From Minisyncoccota bacterium (GTDB lineage Bacteria; Patescibacteriota; Minisyncoccia; Phycocordibacterales; UBA9973), in the NCBI GenBank assembly GCA_041663005.1, contig JBAZRK010000001.1, forward strand, positions 288,734 through 336,733: a stretch of 48,000 nucleotides of DNA, read 5' to 3'. A model generated the notes under the pieces. It was not told the DNA's origin and ran no database searches. It saw only the letters and a list, made by a program, of their open reading frames with translations. Shown one piece after another: positions 46,425-48,000 of the stretch. Position 1 is the first letter of the stretch, and every line of letters begins with the position of its first letter. Both the position numbers and the translations under genes were made by a program.

Positions 46425-47336
46425 TTATAAACTAAGACTTCTTTCAAGGATATGCGCGACAACATCCTCTATTTTCGTCCCAGCCAGTTCGCACGTCTCG
46501 GCGAAGTGTGATCCTGCCTTCACCTCAGGAACATTTTCAAATTCCAAAAGATAAACTTTCCTCCTCGGTGTAAGCAAGAAATCGGATTTTAGGTAATGGC
46601 CGGCATTTAAGTGCTGGTGCAAGTGCTTGGCCAGTGAATACAATAGCTCTTTCTCCTCCGAGGAAAAGGCTCCGAAGGTATTACTAAGCGGGAAAACGTA
46701 GACATCTTCGTTCCGAAAATCGGGCATCGAGTGGATTGAGGCAATTTTACCAGAAATAAATTCTTCAACTATTAAACTCTCCCCGTGATTCACTCCGTCC
46801 TCTATGGCATCCACCAATTCGGGAAAGGTCTTTGCCAGGTGGATACCCATATTCGCATCGGGGGTAAAAGATTTAACTAGCCAAGGCGCGCCGAATTTCT
46901 CGTGGATTTCTTTGGCTTTTTTGAGTGCGTATTTCTCTCTCGGGCCATCGAAGTCTTTCTGGTAGAGAGGAATGAGTATAGTCCGCGGTAAGGATACCTC
47001 TACGCCCCGCAGATGTTCTCGCAAAAGCTCGCGGCTGCCTTTGAGCGCTGAGAAAAACGGCGCAGGCGATATATGCGGTATCGAAAGGTTATCGAGCGAA
47101 TGTGAAAAATGGGGGTGCGCCACGTTCCAAACCAAGTCCACCCGGTGCATGAGATCGGCAAGGGCGACTGGCCGGCCCGCTACATGCCACAGGCCTTCTT
47201 TGTCGACCAGAATATCTACAGGTTTATATTTTTCGGAAAAATTTTCGGCAAGGTAGCTAATAATCTCGCCGCCTTTCTTGAGCGAATGAAAATAATTCTC
47301 CCCTGCTCCCCCCCGCAAAACTCCTATGCGTTTCAT
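46425..47336 (-). CDS. Degenerate D-alanine--D-alanine ligase-like ATP-grasp protein
   Basis: MKRIGVLRGG, LIVEEFISG, SDFLL..VYLLE..VP. Start at MKRIG. Confidence 0.7.
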   Translation of the reverse strand: MKRIGVLRGGAGENYFHSLKKGGEIISYLAENFSEKYKPVDILVDKEGLWHVAGRPVALADLMHRVDLVWNVAHPHFSHSLDNLSIPHISPAPFFSALKGSRELLREHLRGVEVSLPRTILIPLYQKDFDGPREKYALKKAKEIHEKFGAPWLVKSFTPDANMGIHLAKTFPELVDAIEDGVNHGESLIVEEFISGKIASIHSMPDFRNEDVYVFPLSNTFGAFSSEEKELLYSLAKHLHQHLNAGHYLKSDFLLTPRRKVYLLEFENVPEVKAGSHFAETCELAGTKIEDVVAHILERSLSL

Positions 47337-47363
47337 ATAAATAATTATAACACTAAAAAGCAA

Positions 47364-47386
47364 AAAGCCGTCCTCCGGCCGGCTTT
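47364..47386 (-). terminator. Intrinsic terminator
   Basis: On minus: AAAGCCG-9 nt-CGGCTTT followed by TTGCTTTT. Confidence 0.65.
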
Positions 47387-47403
47387 CGCGCGGTTGGTGA
47401 CGG

Positions 47404-47598
47404 CTACGAGATGGAAACTGCTCCGTGGAGCACGATCGAGTTGTAGTCGAATTCACCCTTTCTCTCGTGACACCAAGGGCAACTCAGCTCCCCTTTTACC
47501 TCAAGGGGCTGGGGGGCAAGATCCTCGACCTCGCCACACCAGTGGCAATTGCTGTGCGTGCAGCGAACTTTCGTCCGCCAACTTACACGCTTTTTCAT
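47404..47598 (-). CDS. Small Cys-rich (zinc-ribbon-like) protein
   Basis: AAGGAGGT 4 nt before the ATG; CTHSNCHWC..CPWC; own terminator. Confidence 0.6.
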   Translation of the reverse strand: MKKRVSWRTKVRCTHSNCHWCGEVEDLAPQPLEVKGELSCPWCHERKGEFDYNSIVLHGAVSIS

Positions 47599-47648
47599 GT
47601 CGACCTCCTTCTTTTAAGGTTTACTCCCGATTTTAAATTTTGTCAAAC

Positions 47649-47680
47649 AAAAAAACACCCCGCTTGCGCGAGGTGTTTTT
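47649..47680 (-). terminator. Terminator downstream of the 16S rRNA
   Basis: AAAAACACC-loop-GGTGTTTTT with a T-run on the minus strand. Confidence 0.75.
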
Positions 47681-47841
47681 AATTGCTGTACTTTGTTTTG
47701 TTTCGTCCTATAACTTAGAAGTCTTTCCTTCCTGTCAATACGCTTTTTTAAGTCCATAGCATACATAGACTATTGTGTCGTCAATTGAGCGACACAATAC
47801 CGACTCAATAAGTCATCCGATAAATCGGACAACGTGTTTCA

Positions 47842-48000
47842 AATTGAATTAATCCACGAGCAGCTTCCGCTACCCGTGCCTTGTTACGACTTAGTCCCTG
47901 TCACCGAGCTTACCTTAGGACCCGCTTATGCGGATACTTCGGGTACTCCCGGCTCCCTTGACTTGACGGGCGGTGAGTACAAGACTTGAGAACGTATTCA
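47842..48000 (-). rRNA. rrs: 16S rRNA, 3' end (partial)
   Basis: On minus: TGAATACGTT..TTGTACTCACCGCCCGTCA..AAGTCGTAACAAGG, helix 45 CACGGGTAGC-GGAA-GCTGCTCGTG, then GATTA; the exact 3' end is uncertain. Confidence 0.97.

Noticed and set aside
47337-47456. N-terminal extension of the Ddl-like ORF
   Set aside because: It crosses a terminator and a -10 box; homology starts at MKRIG.
47650-47849. Self-splicing intron interrupting the 16S 3' tail
   Set aside because: No downstream CCTCC-containing exon and no recognisable group I/II core; too short before the terminator.

Overview
Housekeeping-rich chromosomal segment from a Candidate Phyla Radiation (Patescibacteria/Parcubacteria-like) bacterium. 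The taxonomy is inferred from gene content: truncated AlaRS, IF2, S1 and MurE, a VirB2-like pilin array, an FtsA-like/baseplate-J-like pair and a sigma4-HARE-HTH protein. The code is standard (table 11) and most genes are on the minus strand. The window holds about 46 CDS (alaS, mnmA, mltG, typA, clpB, iscS, infB, rbfA, gyrA, rpsA, murE, secA, rnhB and others), 8 tRNAs and the 3' end of a 16S rRNA gene. Main signals: (1) the 16S 3' end lacks the anti-Shine-Dalgarno CCUCC; (2) 15 genes have a -10-like TANNNT hexamer exactly 6-7 nt before the start codon, suggesting largely leaderless, SD-independent expression; (3) short palindromic elements sit inside coding sequences (mnmA, iscS, a GT2 gene) and three REP-like hairpin families occur between genes; (4) a GC-rich three-gene island has SD-like motifs and a highly structured leader; (5) an unknown enzyme is coupled to a motif-altered Mpl-type ligase; (6) there is a stand-alone JAMM/JAB protein and an unannotated 25-aa Lys/Ala microprotein. 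All calls were made by eye; no database searches were run.
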